Assembly (NCBI GenBank): GCA_046331705.1
Contig: JAXLQJ010000043.1
Location: 46,596-66,595 of the forward strand
Direction of reading: 5' to 3'
From: a bacterium
GTDB taxonomy: Bacteria; JADJOY01
Length of the DNA stretch: 20,000 bases
Both the position numbers and the translations under genes were made by a program. Positions 9,152 to 16,872 of the stretch are shown here, one piece after another. Position 1 is the first letter of the stretch; each line of letters begins with the position of its first letter. The notes under the pieces were generated by a model, which did no database searches, was not told the origin of the DNA, and saw only the letters and a list, made by a program, of their open reading frames with translations.

Positions 9152-12100
9152 GCGGCTTCTCGTGCGCGGTTTCGGCCCCTACGCCGAGCCGTGCACGATC
9201 GATTTCCGCGGGCTCGGATCGAGCGCGCTCTTCCTGATCCACGGTCCCACGGGCGCCGGCAAGACCTCGCTCCTCGACGCGATGTGCTTCGCCCTCTACG
9301 GCGAGGCTTCCGGTGGTGAGCGGCGCGGCGACGAGCTACGCAGCCACCTGGTCGGCTCCGGTGTCGAGACCGAGGTGACGCTGGATTTCCGCCTCGGCGC
9401 GGCGCGCTACCGGGTGACCCGCCGGCCGAGGTACCGCCGCCCCAAGAAGCGTGGCGAAGGGGACGTCGAGGTCGACGGTCGCGCGACGCTCTGGGATCGC
9501 AGCGAAGCCACGGACGATGCCCACGAGGGCAAGCCGCTCGCGGCCAAGTCGAGCGAGGTCGATCGCGAGATCGCGCGCCGCCTCGGCTTCACGGCGGACG
9601 AGTTCCGGCAGGTGATCGTGCTTCCGCAAGGCGAGTTCCGGCGGCTCTTGACCTCCACCTCGGACGCGCGCGAGGCGATTCTCGAGGTGCTGTTTCGCAC
9701 CGCGCACTACCGCGCGATCGAGGCGGCGCTGGCACGAGCGGCGCTGGCGGCGCGGCGCGAGCTGGAGGCGCTCGAAGCCCGCCGTCAGGCCGTGCTCGAG
9801 CAGAGCGACGCCGTCAGCGAGGACGAGCTGAGCACGCGCCGCGCATCGCGGGTCGCGGAGGTCCACGCGAACCGCGCCGAGCTGGCGCGTCTGGTCGAAG
9901 AGGAGCGTCGTGCGCGCAGCGATCTCGAGGCCGCGCGCGTCGCGGCCCGCCAGCTCGCCGAGCGCGCGGATGCGGCGGCGGTGCTCGCGGCGCTCGCCAG
10001 CGGCGCGGCGGAGATCGACGTGCTGCGCGGCGAGATCGAGGCCGCGCGGCGAGCGGCACCGCTGGTGGAGCTGGTCGCGGCGTGGCGGAGGGTCGAGGAC
10101 GAGCGCCGTGCGCTCGAGGACGCGCACCGCGACGCCGCCGCGAACGAGGAGCGCGCGCAGTCCGCGCACGCCCGCGCTCGAGAAGCGCTCGCGCGCGAGC
10201 AAGGGCGCGGTCCGGAGCGCGAGGCCGCGCGCCGAGCGGTGGATCGCCTGCTCGCTGTCGGAGAGCAGCTCACGCGCTGGCGCGCCGCACAGGCCGAAGC
10301 GGCTGACGCAGCCGCGCGGGTCGCGAAGCTCGAGACCGTCGCCAACGACACCCGCGCGGAACGCGAGCGCGCCGAGCGGACGCTGGCGGAGCAAGCCGAG
10401 ACACGCGCTCGCGCTGCGCTCGCCGCGGAACGTCTCGCCGGGCTCGAAGCGACGGCGCGCGAGGCACGGATGCTGCTCGCGCGCCGCGTGGATCTCGCCC
10501 GCACCGAGCGGGCGCTGGGCGCGGAACGGCGGCGCTACGAGCGCACCGGTGCTGCGCTCGCGGAGGCGGAGTCGCGTCGCGAGGCGGCGCGCGCGGTGGC
10601 GGCGCGTCTGGAGACGCTGTGGCGCGCCGGACAGGCGCAGCGGCTCGCGGCGACGCTCGTCGCGGGCGAGCCTTGCCCCGTGTGCGGAGCGGTCGAGCAC
10701 CCGCGGCCGGCCGCGGCGTCGGCGGAGGATGTCGACGATTCCGCGCTGGATGCGGCACGTGCGGAGCTCGCGGCGTGCGAAGAACGGTCGAGCGAGGCCG
10801 AGCGTGCGCACGCGGCGGCAGGTCGGGAGCTCGCGTCGCTCGAAGGTGCCCACGCGGAGAAGCGCGCCGGGCTCGCCGCGGCTGCGGACGAGTCGCCCGA
10901 GGCATTGGAGGCTCGCGCGATCGCCGCGGAGGGCGAGCACGACCTCGCGGCGGCGGAGGTCGCCCGGATCGATGGGATCGACGCGGCGCTCGCCACCGCC
11001 CGCCAGCGACACGAGGCTGCCGGGGCTCGGCTCGCGAGCATCGACGAGGAACTCTCGACGGCACGCCGAACCCAGGCCGTCGCCAGCGGCGTGGTGGCGG
11101 AGCGCGCGGAGGCGATCCCGGGCGAGCTTCGCGCGCCCGGTGCGCTGGAGGCGAACGTGCGCGCCGCGCGGGAGACGCTCGATGCGCTCGAGGCCGCGTT
11201 CGCCGCCGCCGAGGTCGAGGCTCGTGCCTGTCGCGAAGCCCACGAGGCGGCTCTGCGCGCGCGCGGCGCGACGGCCTCGGCGCTGGCCGTGAAGGGCGCC
11301 GAAAGCGAGCGATTGGGGCCCGAGCTCGCGGTCAAGCGCGCGCGCGCCGGCTTCGCCGACGAGACCGCCCTCGCCGCTGCCGTGCGCACGCCCGCGCAGC
11401 TCGCCGTGCTCGACACGCGGATCCGGGAGTTCGATGCCTCGCTCGCGGCGGCGCGCGATCGGCTCGCCCGCGCGGAGGAGGAGGTGCGCGGCAGCGAGGC
11501 GCCGGACGTCACGAGCGTCGAGGCCCGCCACGAGAGCGCGCGCCAGCGCGCGGAAGCCGCGAGCAACGCGATCGTGGCCCTCGAGGGCGAGGTCGCGCGG
11601 ATCGACAAGGCGCTCGCGAGCTTGGGCGAGATCGGCGACGAGCTGCGCGCGCGCGACCAGCGCTTTCGCGCGCTCGGTCAGCTCGCGGAGCTCGCCGACG
11701 GCAAGCGCAACTCGTTGCGCATGAGCTTCCAGCGCTTCGTGCTCGCGGCGCTCCTCGACGAGGCGCTCACGGCGGCGACGGTGCGGCTACGGGCGATGAG
11801 CCGCGGACGCTTCTTGCTGCAGCGCGCGGCGATCGCCACCGATCAACGGCGAGCGGGCGGCCTCGATCTCGAGGTCTTCGACCTGCACACCGGGCAGGGT
11901 CGCTCGGCACGCACGCTCTCGGGCGGAGAGAGCTTCCTCGCGTCGCTGGCGCTCGCCCTGGGACTCGCGGACGTGGTCCAGGCGCACGCCGGCGGCATGC
12001 GCCTCGACACGCTCTTCATCGACGAGGGCTTCGGCAGCCTCGACTCCGAGTCGCTCGACCTCGCCATGCGCGCGCTCGAGGACCTGGAGCGCGGCGGTCG

Positions 12101-12209
12101 GTTGGTGGGGATCATCTCCCACGTCGCCGAGCTGCGCGAGCGAATCGACGTGCGCCTCGAGGTGGCTCCCTCGCAGCGCGGCTCCACGGCGCGCCTGGTG
12201 ATGCCGTGA
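9141..12209 (+). CDS. sbcC: Exonuclease SbcCD subunit C (Rad50-like SMC ATPase), about 1022 aa
   Basis: GTG start at 9141 with GGAGG upstream, overlapping the sbcD end by 11 nt. Walker A GPTGAGKT, Q-loop LPQGEF, long Ala/Glu/Arg coiled coils, Zn-hook CPVCG, signature LSGGE, Walker B/D-loop LFIDEGFGSLD and H-loop IISHV. Confidence 0.96.
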   Translation: MRPERLLVRGFGPYAEPCTIDFRGLGSSALFLIHGPTGAGKTSLLDAMCFALYGEASGGERRGDELRSHLVGSGVETEVTLDFRLGAARYRVTRRPRYRRPKKRGEGDVEVDGRATLWDRSEATDDAHEGKPLAAKSSEVDREIARRLGFTADEFRQVIVLPQGEFRRLLTSTSDAREAILEVLFRTAHYRAIEAALARAALAARRELEALEARRQAVLEQSDAVSEDELSTRRASRVAEVHANRAELARLVEEERRARSDLEAARVAARQLAERADAAAVLAALASGAAEIDVLRGEIEAARRAAPLVELVAAWRRVEDERRALEDAHRDAAANEERAQSAHARAREALAREQGRGPEREAARRAVDRLLAVGEQLTRWRAAQAEAADAAARVAKLETVANDTRAERERAERTLAEQAETRARAALAAERLAGLEATAREARMLLARRVDLARTERALGAERRRYERTGAALAEAESRREAARAVAARLETLWRAGQAQRLAATLVAGEPCPVCGAVEHPRPAAASAEDVDDSALDAARAELAACEERSSEAERAHAAAGRELASLEGAHAEKRAGLAAAADESPEALEARAIAAEGEHDLAAAEVARIDGIDAALATARQRHEAAGARLASIDEELSTARRTQAVASGVVAERAEAIPGELRAPGALEANVRAARETLDALEAAFAAAEVEARACREAHEAALRARGATASALAVKGAESERLGPELAVKRARAGFADETALAAAVRTPAQLAVLDTRIREFDASLAAARDRLARAEEEVRGSEAPDVTSVEARHESARQRAEAASNAIVALEGEVARIDKALASLGEIGDELRARDQRFRALGQLAELADGKRNSLRMSFQRFVLAALLDEALTAATVRLRAMSRGRFLLQRAAIATDQRRAGGLDLEVFDLHTGQGRSARTLSGGESFLASLALALGLADVVQAHAGGMRLDTLFIDEGFGSLDSESLDLAMRALEDLERGGRLVGIISHVAELRERIDVRLEVAPSQRGSTARLVMP

Positions 12210-12232
12210 CGCGCGGCCGGTGAAGGCCGGGC

Positions 12233-13396
12233 TCAGGTGACGAGCGGCAGCGGGTCGAGCGGCGGCGCGTCGGGTCGACGCACGGAGTGCCCGCGCTGGT
12301 CCGGGCTCTCGCCGCGCCAGCCGCCGGGCGCGAAGTAGCAGTAGGCGCGCTCGCACGGGAAGCCGCGGTTCTCGCGGAAGAGCGCCTCGCAATCGCGCAC
12401 CAGCGCTTCGCCCTCGAGACCGCCCTCCACGCGATCGAGCGCCTGGGCGAGCGAGCGCACGTCCGCGATCCGCTGGCTCAGCGCGTAACGACGTCCGGCG
12501 ACCTTGAGGCTGCGCACGCCGGCGCGGCCCAGGGCGCCCACGGAGCAGAGCGCGCAGCGATAACGCACCCGCGACACCGTCATGTAGTCCACGTGGTAGC
12601 GACCAACGGCCTCCACGTCGAGGTCCTGGGCGCCCTCCTCCACCTCCACCACCACCTGCTCGTCCTTGAGGTGGCAGGGCAGCATCTCGCTCTCCTCGAG
12701 CATCCCCATCAGGATGCGAGGGGGGATGTGCGCCGTGAGGGGGCGCAGCCAGCGTTCGACACGCGGTTGCGTGAGCAGCTTCCCGCCCAGCGACGGCGCT
12801 TGCTGGATGGGGTGCAGGAAGCCGCAATGGCCGTCGACGAGATGGCAGCCGTCGTTCATCACCAACACCTCGATCTCGAGGTCGCCGGCGACGCCCACCA
12901 GCTCGGCGATCTCGGGCTCGGTGAGGTGGCGCGGCAGCACGGCGCGCCGAAAGCCGAGCGCGCGCCAATGCGCGAGCGCTTCGCCGTTGAACGCGGCGGC
13001 CACGCTCGAGAGATGCAACGGCACGTGCGGCGCGCTCTCGCGCAGCTGCGGCAGGATCGCCGGGTCGGCGACGATGAAGGCGTCGACGCCCGCCCCGCTC
13101 GCGCGCTCGATCTGCTCGCGCGCGAGCGGCAAGCTCGCGGCAGTGAAGTGATTGTTGAGCGCCAGGAACACCTCGACGCGAGCCGCATGCGCGCGCCGCA
13201 CCACCTGCGCGAGCTCGCGGTAGTCGAGGAGGTTCGAGCCGGCGTCGTCGCGGCGATTGGCGTGCTCGACGCCGGCCTCGCGCGCGGCGTCGTTGCGTGG
13301 TTGCACGCCGCAGTAGAGCTCGCTCGCGCCGGCCTCCACGAGGGGCTCGACGTCGCTGGGCTCGGAGACGGGGGCGGTGATGGCGGGTCGCTTCAT
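12233..13396 (-). CDS. U32-family ('peptidase U32') Fe-S protein, UbiU/TrhP-like subunit, 387 aa
   Basis: ATG 13396, 4 nt after the upstream stop. AP...EAGASELYCG, GVDAFIVAD, LHLSS, FN, RAVLPRHL, EIEVLV and GVRSLKVAGR are U32 hallmarks. Cys184-x6-Cys191, Cys241 and Cys281/284. Confidence 0.88.
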   Translation of the reverse strand: MKRPAITAPVSEPSDVEPLVEAGASELYCGVQPRNDAAREAGVEHANRRDDAGSNLLDYRELAQVVRRAHAARVEVFLALNNHFTAASLPLAREQIERASGAGVDAFIVADPAILPQLRESAPHVPLHLSSVAAAFNGEALAHWRALGFRRAVLPRHLTEPEIAELVGVAGDLEIEVLVMNDGCHLVDGHCGFLHPIQQAPSLGGKLLTQPRVERWLRPLTAHIPPRILMGMLEESEMLPCHLKDEQVVVEVEEGAQDLDVEAVGRYHVDYMTVSRVRYRCALCSVGALGRAGVRSLKVAGRRYALSQRIADVRSLAQALDRVEGGLEGEALVRDCEALFRENRGFPCERAYCYFAPGGWRGESPDQRGHSVRRPDAPPLDPLPLVT

Positions 13397-13400
13397 GACG

Positions 13401-14204
13401 TCACATCGGCAGCGCCGGCTGGTGGACCCATCGGTCGATTCGCCAGCCGCTCGGCGGCGTCGGTGGCGCGGGGTTCTCGTAGAAGTAGCTGTTGCCCTTG
13501 AGCCTGAGCGGCATCCCGTGCTCGCGCTCGATGCGAAGCGTGTAGCCACGGCATTCGCGGGCGCAGCCCGGCAGCGGATACGGCGCGCGATCGGGGTGCT
13601 GGTGCAGGCTGGCGGTGGGGCACGTGCGTGACGTCGACACCAGCACGAACGGGTAGTAAAGGCTGCCCGGGAGCTCGAGGTGCTCGTCGCCCGGGCCCCC
13701 CTCGAGCCCTTGCGCGAGGTGCTCGTACTCGATGCGCGCGAAGCCGAGCGCCCGCAGCGAGCGCAGGAAGCCCGGGATCGCCACCGGCGTGCCGCGCAGA
13801 TGGGCCTCTCCGGCGCCGCCGCTCTCGAGGTAACGCGGGATCATCGGGTCGCGCTTGAGCTTGTGCAGCAAGCGCCCGAACACCAGGCCGAAGCCGCCCG
13901 CGCGTTCGCGGAGCATTCGATGGACGCCCCAATCGTTGACGACGATCTCCGCGTTCGGAGCCTCGCGCGCGAGAACGTCGAGAAGCCGCGCGAAGGGCTC
14001 GAGATCCGGTTGCGCGAGGTAAGGCGTGACGAACGTGATGGGCTTGCCGGCGTCGCGGGTCCGCGCCAGCACCTGCCTGAGCTCCGCTGGCCGCGGCAGC
14101 AGCCGCGGGCAGACCTCGTTGCCGAAATAGAGTCGGTCCGCGGCGAGGAGCGCCTCGTCGCGTAGTCGCGCCGGATCGGAAACGAAGAGAGCGGTCTCGT
14201 TCAC
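13401..14204 (-). CDS. Divergent U32-family protein, UbiV-like subunit, about 267 aa
   Basis: Probable GTG start at 14204 (alternative 14213). ADRLYFGNEVC resembles UbiV ADVIYLGEAVC. Also GKPITFVTP, EIVVNDWG and GRLL. Four Cys arranged C32...C195-x18-C214-x3-C218. Co-oriented and adjacent to the other U32 gene. Confidence 0.75.
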   Translation of the reverse strand: MNETALFVSDPARLRDEALLAADRLYFGNEVCPRLLPRPAELRQVLARTRDAGKPITFVTPYLAQPDLEPFARLLDVLAREAPNAEIVVNDWGVHRMLRERAGGFGLVFGRLLHKLKRDPMIPRYLESGGAGEAHLRGTPVAIPGFLRSLRALGFARIEYEHLAQGLEGGPGDEHLELPGSLYYPFVLVSTSRTCPTASLHQHPDRAPYPLPGCARECRGYTLRIEREHGMPLRLKGNSYFYENPAPPTPPSGWRIDRWVHQPALPM

Positions 14205-14283
14205 CAGCCGCACCGGTAAGGCGAAGCCGAGGCGGGGGGCGCGCGGCACCGCGTGCGATCGAGGCGATCTGCGCCGAAGTGCG

Positions 14284-14301
14284 GCACGATCCCGATCGTG
14301 C
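14284..14301. promoter_or_regulatory. Perfect inverted repeat GCACGATC-cc-GATCGTGC, candidate operator
   Basis: 8-bp arms with a 2-bp spacer in the 168-bp divergent spacer, immediately downstream of the predicted minus-strand -10 box. Confidence 0.45.
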
Positions 14302-14305
14302 GGGC

Positions 14306-14335
14306 AGAATAGGAACCGCTCGGAGGGGGCGTCAA
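14306..14335 (-). promoter_or_regulatory. Candidate sigma70-type promoter for the U32 pair
   Basis: The minus strand reads TTGACG-N18-TATTCT, near-consensus boxes in a very GC-rich background, about 100 nt upstream of GTG 14204. Confidence 0.5.
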
Positions 14336-14372
14336 GGAAAGCGCCCATCGCGAGCTCGGCCGCTGCCACCCC

Positions 14373-15200
14373 ATGCTTCCCTCGAACGATCTCGCGTCCG
14401 CGCTGCGCTGTCCGCGCTGCGGTGCATGCGCGCTCCGGCGCGCGATCGACGCGTGCACGCTCGAGTGCCAGGGTTGCGGCGCGGAGGTGGCGTGGTCGCG
14501 GGGCTTCGGCGATTTCACCTGGGCGGGGAACGACCCGGCTTCGGGTGAGGAGGCGATCGCGCGGCGCTACGACGGGCTCGGCGGGGCGAGCTACGACTGG
14601 TTGGTGCGGCACGCGTTCGCGGCGGAGCTGCTCTTCCGGCGCTTCTGGGGCGCGTCGCATGCGGCGGCGGCGCGGCGGATCGCGGCGCGCTTCCCGGACG
14701 CGAAGGGCGCGCGGGTGCTGGATCTACCGGTGGGTGGCGGCGCGGCGCTGGTGCGACACCGGGCATCGCTCGTGTCGGCGCGGTGGGTGGTGGGCGTGGA
14801 CCTGTCGGCGGGGATGCTCGCCCGCGCGGCGCGGCGGTTGGCGGCGCTCGGGACGGGCCACGTGGCGCTGGTTCGAGCACCCGCCACGCGCTTGCCGCTC
14901 GCTGATGCCACGGTGGACCAGGCGCTCGCCGTCAACAGCCTTCACTGCTTCGTCGATCCTGGCGGCGCGCTTCGCGAGCTGCGTCGCGTGCTGGCGCCGG
15001 GGGGCGTGCTGGCGGGGTCGTGCATCGTGCGCGGTGCCGGTCCCGCCGCCGACCGGCGCATCGAGCGCATGCGGGAGCGCGGCCATTTCGCGGCAGCGCT
15101 CGAGCGCACCGAGATCGAGCGCGCGCTGGGTGCCGCGGGCCTCGAGGCGATCGGTTGCGATCAGCTCGGCGCGGTGCTCGTCTTCGCCGCGCGTGGATGA
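14373..15200 (+). CDS. Class I SAM-dependent methyltransferase (Methyltransf_11/UbiE-like) with N-terminal Zn-ribbon, 275 aa
   Basis: N-terminal LRCPRCG...LECQGCG. Motif I VLDLPVGGG, VVGVDLSAGML, LPLADATVD and SLHCFVDPGGALRELRRVLAPGG. Confidence 0.88.
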   Translation: MLPSNDLASALRCPRCGACALRRAIDACTLECQGCGAEVAWSRGFGDFTWAGNDPASGEEAIARRYDGLGGASYDWLVRHAFAAELLFRRFWGASHAAAARRIAARFPDAKGARVLDLPVGGGAALVRHRASLVSARWVVGVDLSAGMLARAARRLAALGTGHVALVRAPATRLPLADATVDQALAVNSLHCFVDPGGALRELRRVLAPGGVLAGSCIVRGAGPAADRRIERMRERGHFAAALERTEIERALGAAGLEAIGCDQLGAVLVFAARG

Positions 15201-15241
15201 TGGCGGCTGGCCGGCGGCATCGCGTGGGCTGCGCTCGAGGC

Positions 15242-16528
15242 TCAGGGGATCGCGAGCGAGACCAAGCTCGCGGCGAGCATCGCGCCGAAGCCGAGCCCGA
15301 CCACTCGGCCGAACGCCCAGCCGCCGATCGCGATCGCGATCCCGCCCTTGACGATCGTGTTAGAGATCACCGCGACCCAGATGGCCGTGGCCGCGACGTT
15401 CACGTCGAGGCCCGCTTTGGCGAGGCCGGCCATGGAGAGCGTGATCGCGTCCACGTCGGTGGTTCCGGCGAGCGCGCTGGTCACGTAGATCCCGCGCGAG
15501 CCGAGGCTCTCGTTGGCGGCTTTCACGGCGACCAGGATCGCCGTGAAGAGCAGCGCGAACTTGACCGCTTGCGTGAGCTCGAAGGGATTGGCGAACGCCA
15601 CGTTGGCGGGCGTGGGCGCGCTCGCGCGGGTCCGCTTGAGCAGCAGCAGCGCCACCATCGCGCCGGCGAGCGTCATGGGCACGAGCGAGTGGCAGAGCGG
15701 TATCAAGGTGGGCCGGTGGATCACCGCGACGAGGATCAACACGCGCACGTACATGATGCTCGACGCCAGCACCACGGCGAGTGCCGCCGGCTCGAGGATG
15801 GAGCGGTCGCGACGCGCGCTGCCCGAGGCCGAGAGCGTCACGGCGACCGACGACACGAGGCCGCCGACCAGCCCGGTCACGCCGAGCCCGCGTCCTGGTC
15901 CGAGCACCCGAATCGCGAGATAGCCCACGAAGCTCACGCCCGCGATGAGCGCGATCATCCAGCCGATCTTGCGCGGGTTGAGGACCGCGTACGGGCCGAG
16001 GTCGCGATCCGGCAGCAGCGGCAGCACCACCACCGCCACCAGCAAGAACTTGAGGGTCGCGTAGACGTCGTCCTTCGACGCTTGCGCCACCAGCGAATGA
16101 AGCACGGGTTTGAGCGACAGCACCAGGGTCATCACCACCGCGATCGCGGACACGGTCACCAGTCGGCGGCCCGTGGGCTCGATCACGTGCTCGGTGGTGG
16201 CGAGCGCGCCGATCAGGTAGGTCACCAGCGCGGCGATCTCGGACGTCAGTCCCGAATCGCCGCCCGCGCGGACGCTGCGCAGGTGGACGACGCCGAGCAA
16301 GGACATCACCGCGAGGAACGGGAGCAGCACGATGCCCGGGCCGAGGGAGCGCGCGAGCAGCGCGGAGATGGCGCCGGCGAGCGCGAAGAGCGGGAACGTG
16401 CGCGAGCCGCCGAAGAAGTAGCGCCGGTCCTCGGCGCTGGCGGGATGCGATTGCTCGCGTTCGAGCCCGATGAGGAGCCCGACAGCGCACGCGACCGCGA
16501 GCGAGAGGAAGGGCTCGTATGCGTCCAT
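15242..16528 (-). CDS. MgtC/SapB-family N-terminus plus DUF4010 multi-pass membrane protein, 428 aa
   Basis: ATG 16528. GLLIGLERE...GSRTFPL, GLTSEIA, VVLPLLPD, NPRKIGWM, GGLVSS, NPFEL and TDVDAIT, with many hydrophobic segments. Confidence 0.88.
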   Translation of the reverse strand: MDAYEPFLSLAVACAVGLLIGLEREQSHPASAEDRRYFFGGSRTFPLFALAGAISALLARSLGPGIVLLPFLAVMSLLGVVHLRSVRAGGDSGLTSEIAALVTYLIGALATTEHVIEPTGRRLVTVSAIAVVMTLVLSLKPVLHSLVAQASKDDVYATLKFLLVAVVVLPLLPDRDLGPYAVLNPRKIGWMIALIAGVSFVGYLAIRVLGPGRGLGVTGLVGGLVSSVAVTLSASGSARRDRSILEPAALAVVLASSIMYVRVLILVAVIHRPTLIPLCHSLVPMTLAGAMVALLLLKRTRASAPTPANVAFANPFELTQAVKFALLFTAILVAVKAANESLGSRGIYVTSALAGTTDVDAITLSMAGLAKAGLDVNVAATAIWVAVISNTIVKGGIAIAIGGWAFGRVVGLGFGAMLAASLVSLAIP

Positions 16529-16625
16529 TGTGGACAATCCTATACGAGCGCGGGTGTGCGACGGCACGCCGTTTGAACATGCCGGACTCCGTCGCGGGAG
16601 CCTGGCACCGAAGTCGGCACTCGAA

Positions 16626-16648
16626 GCGATGCGCGAGTCGCGCATCGC
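16626..16648. repeat. Perfect 11-bp inverted repeat GCGATGCGCGA-g-TCGCGCATCGC
   Basis: Read directly from the intergenic region between the divergent DUF4010 and pilT-like genes. Confidence 0.6.
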
Positions 16649-16872
16649 GGCCCGGTTGGGTGGGCCCTCGCGACCGTGGCCGCATGGACGCGACCTTTCC
16701 CTCATCCCCCGCTACGTGTCAGCGATCACAGGCGTTTTTCGTGGTCACGGCCGCGCGGGCGTGGGATGCGGCCGGCGCGAGACATCGTGTGCGGCGCCAC
16801 CCTGAAGCCGCTGGCAACCGCCGGACGTGGTCGTGTCGCAGGTCAATCCCCTGACGACCGAGAGGAGCATCG

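Noticed and set aside
9336-11531. Long antisense and alternate-frame ORFs (e.g. 731 aa here, also 1292..3574, 15020..16576, 18397..19740)
   Set aside because: Shadow ORFs expected from high-GC codon bias. They have no recognisable motifs and fully overlap well-supported genes.
7958-12209. SMC-like ATPase plus nuclease as a novel defence system (Wadjet/Lamassu-like)
   Set aside because: All motifs, the CPVC zinc hook and the gene order match ordinary housekeeping SbcCD, and no accessory defence genes flank it.
12233-14204. Calling the U32 genes collagenase/protease or assigning the symbols ubiU/ubiV
   Set aside because: The protease label is a legacy annotation for this family. Orthology to ubiU/ubiV cannot be shown given the divergence, reversed order and lack of ubiT.
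16562-16577. CGGCACG-CCGT-TTGAA, a sigma54-like box upstream of the pilT paralog
   Set aside because: The conserved -12 GC is GA and the site is about 300 nt from the start, so it is too weak to call.
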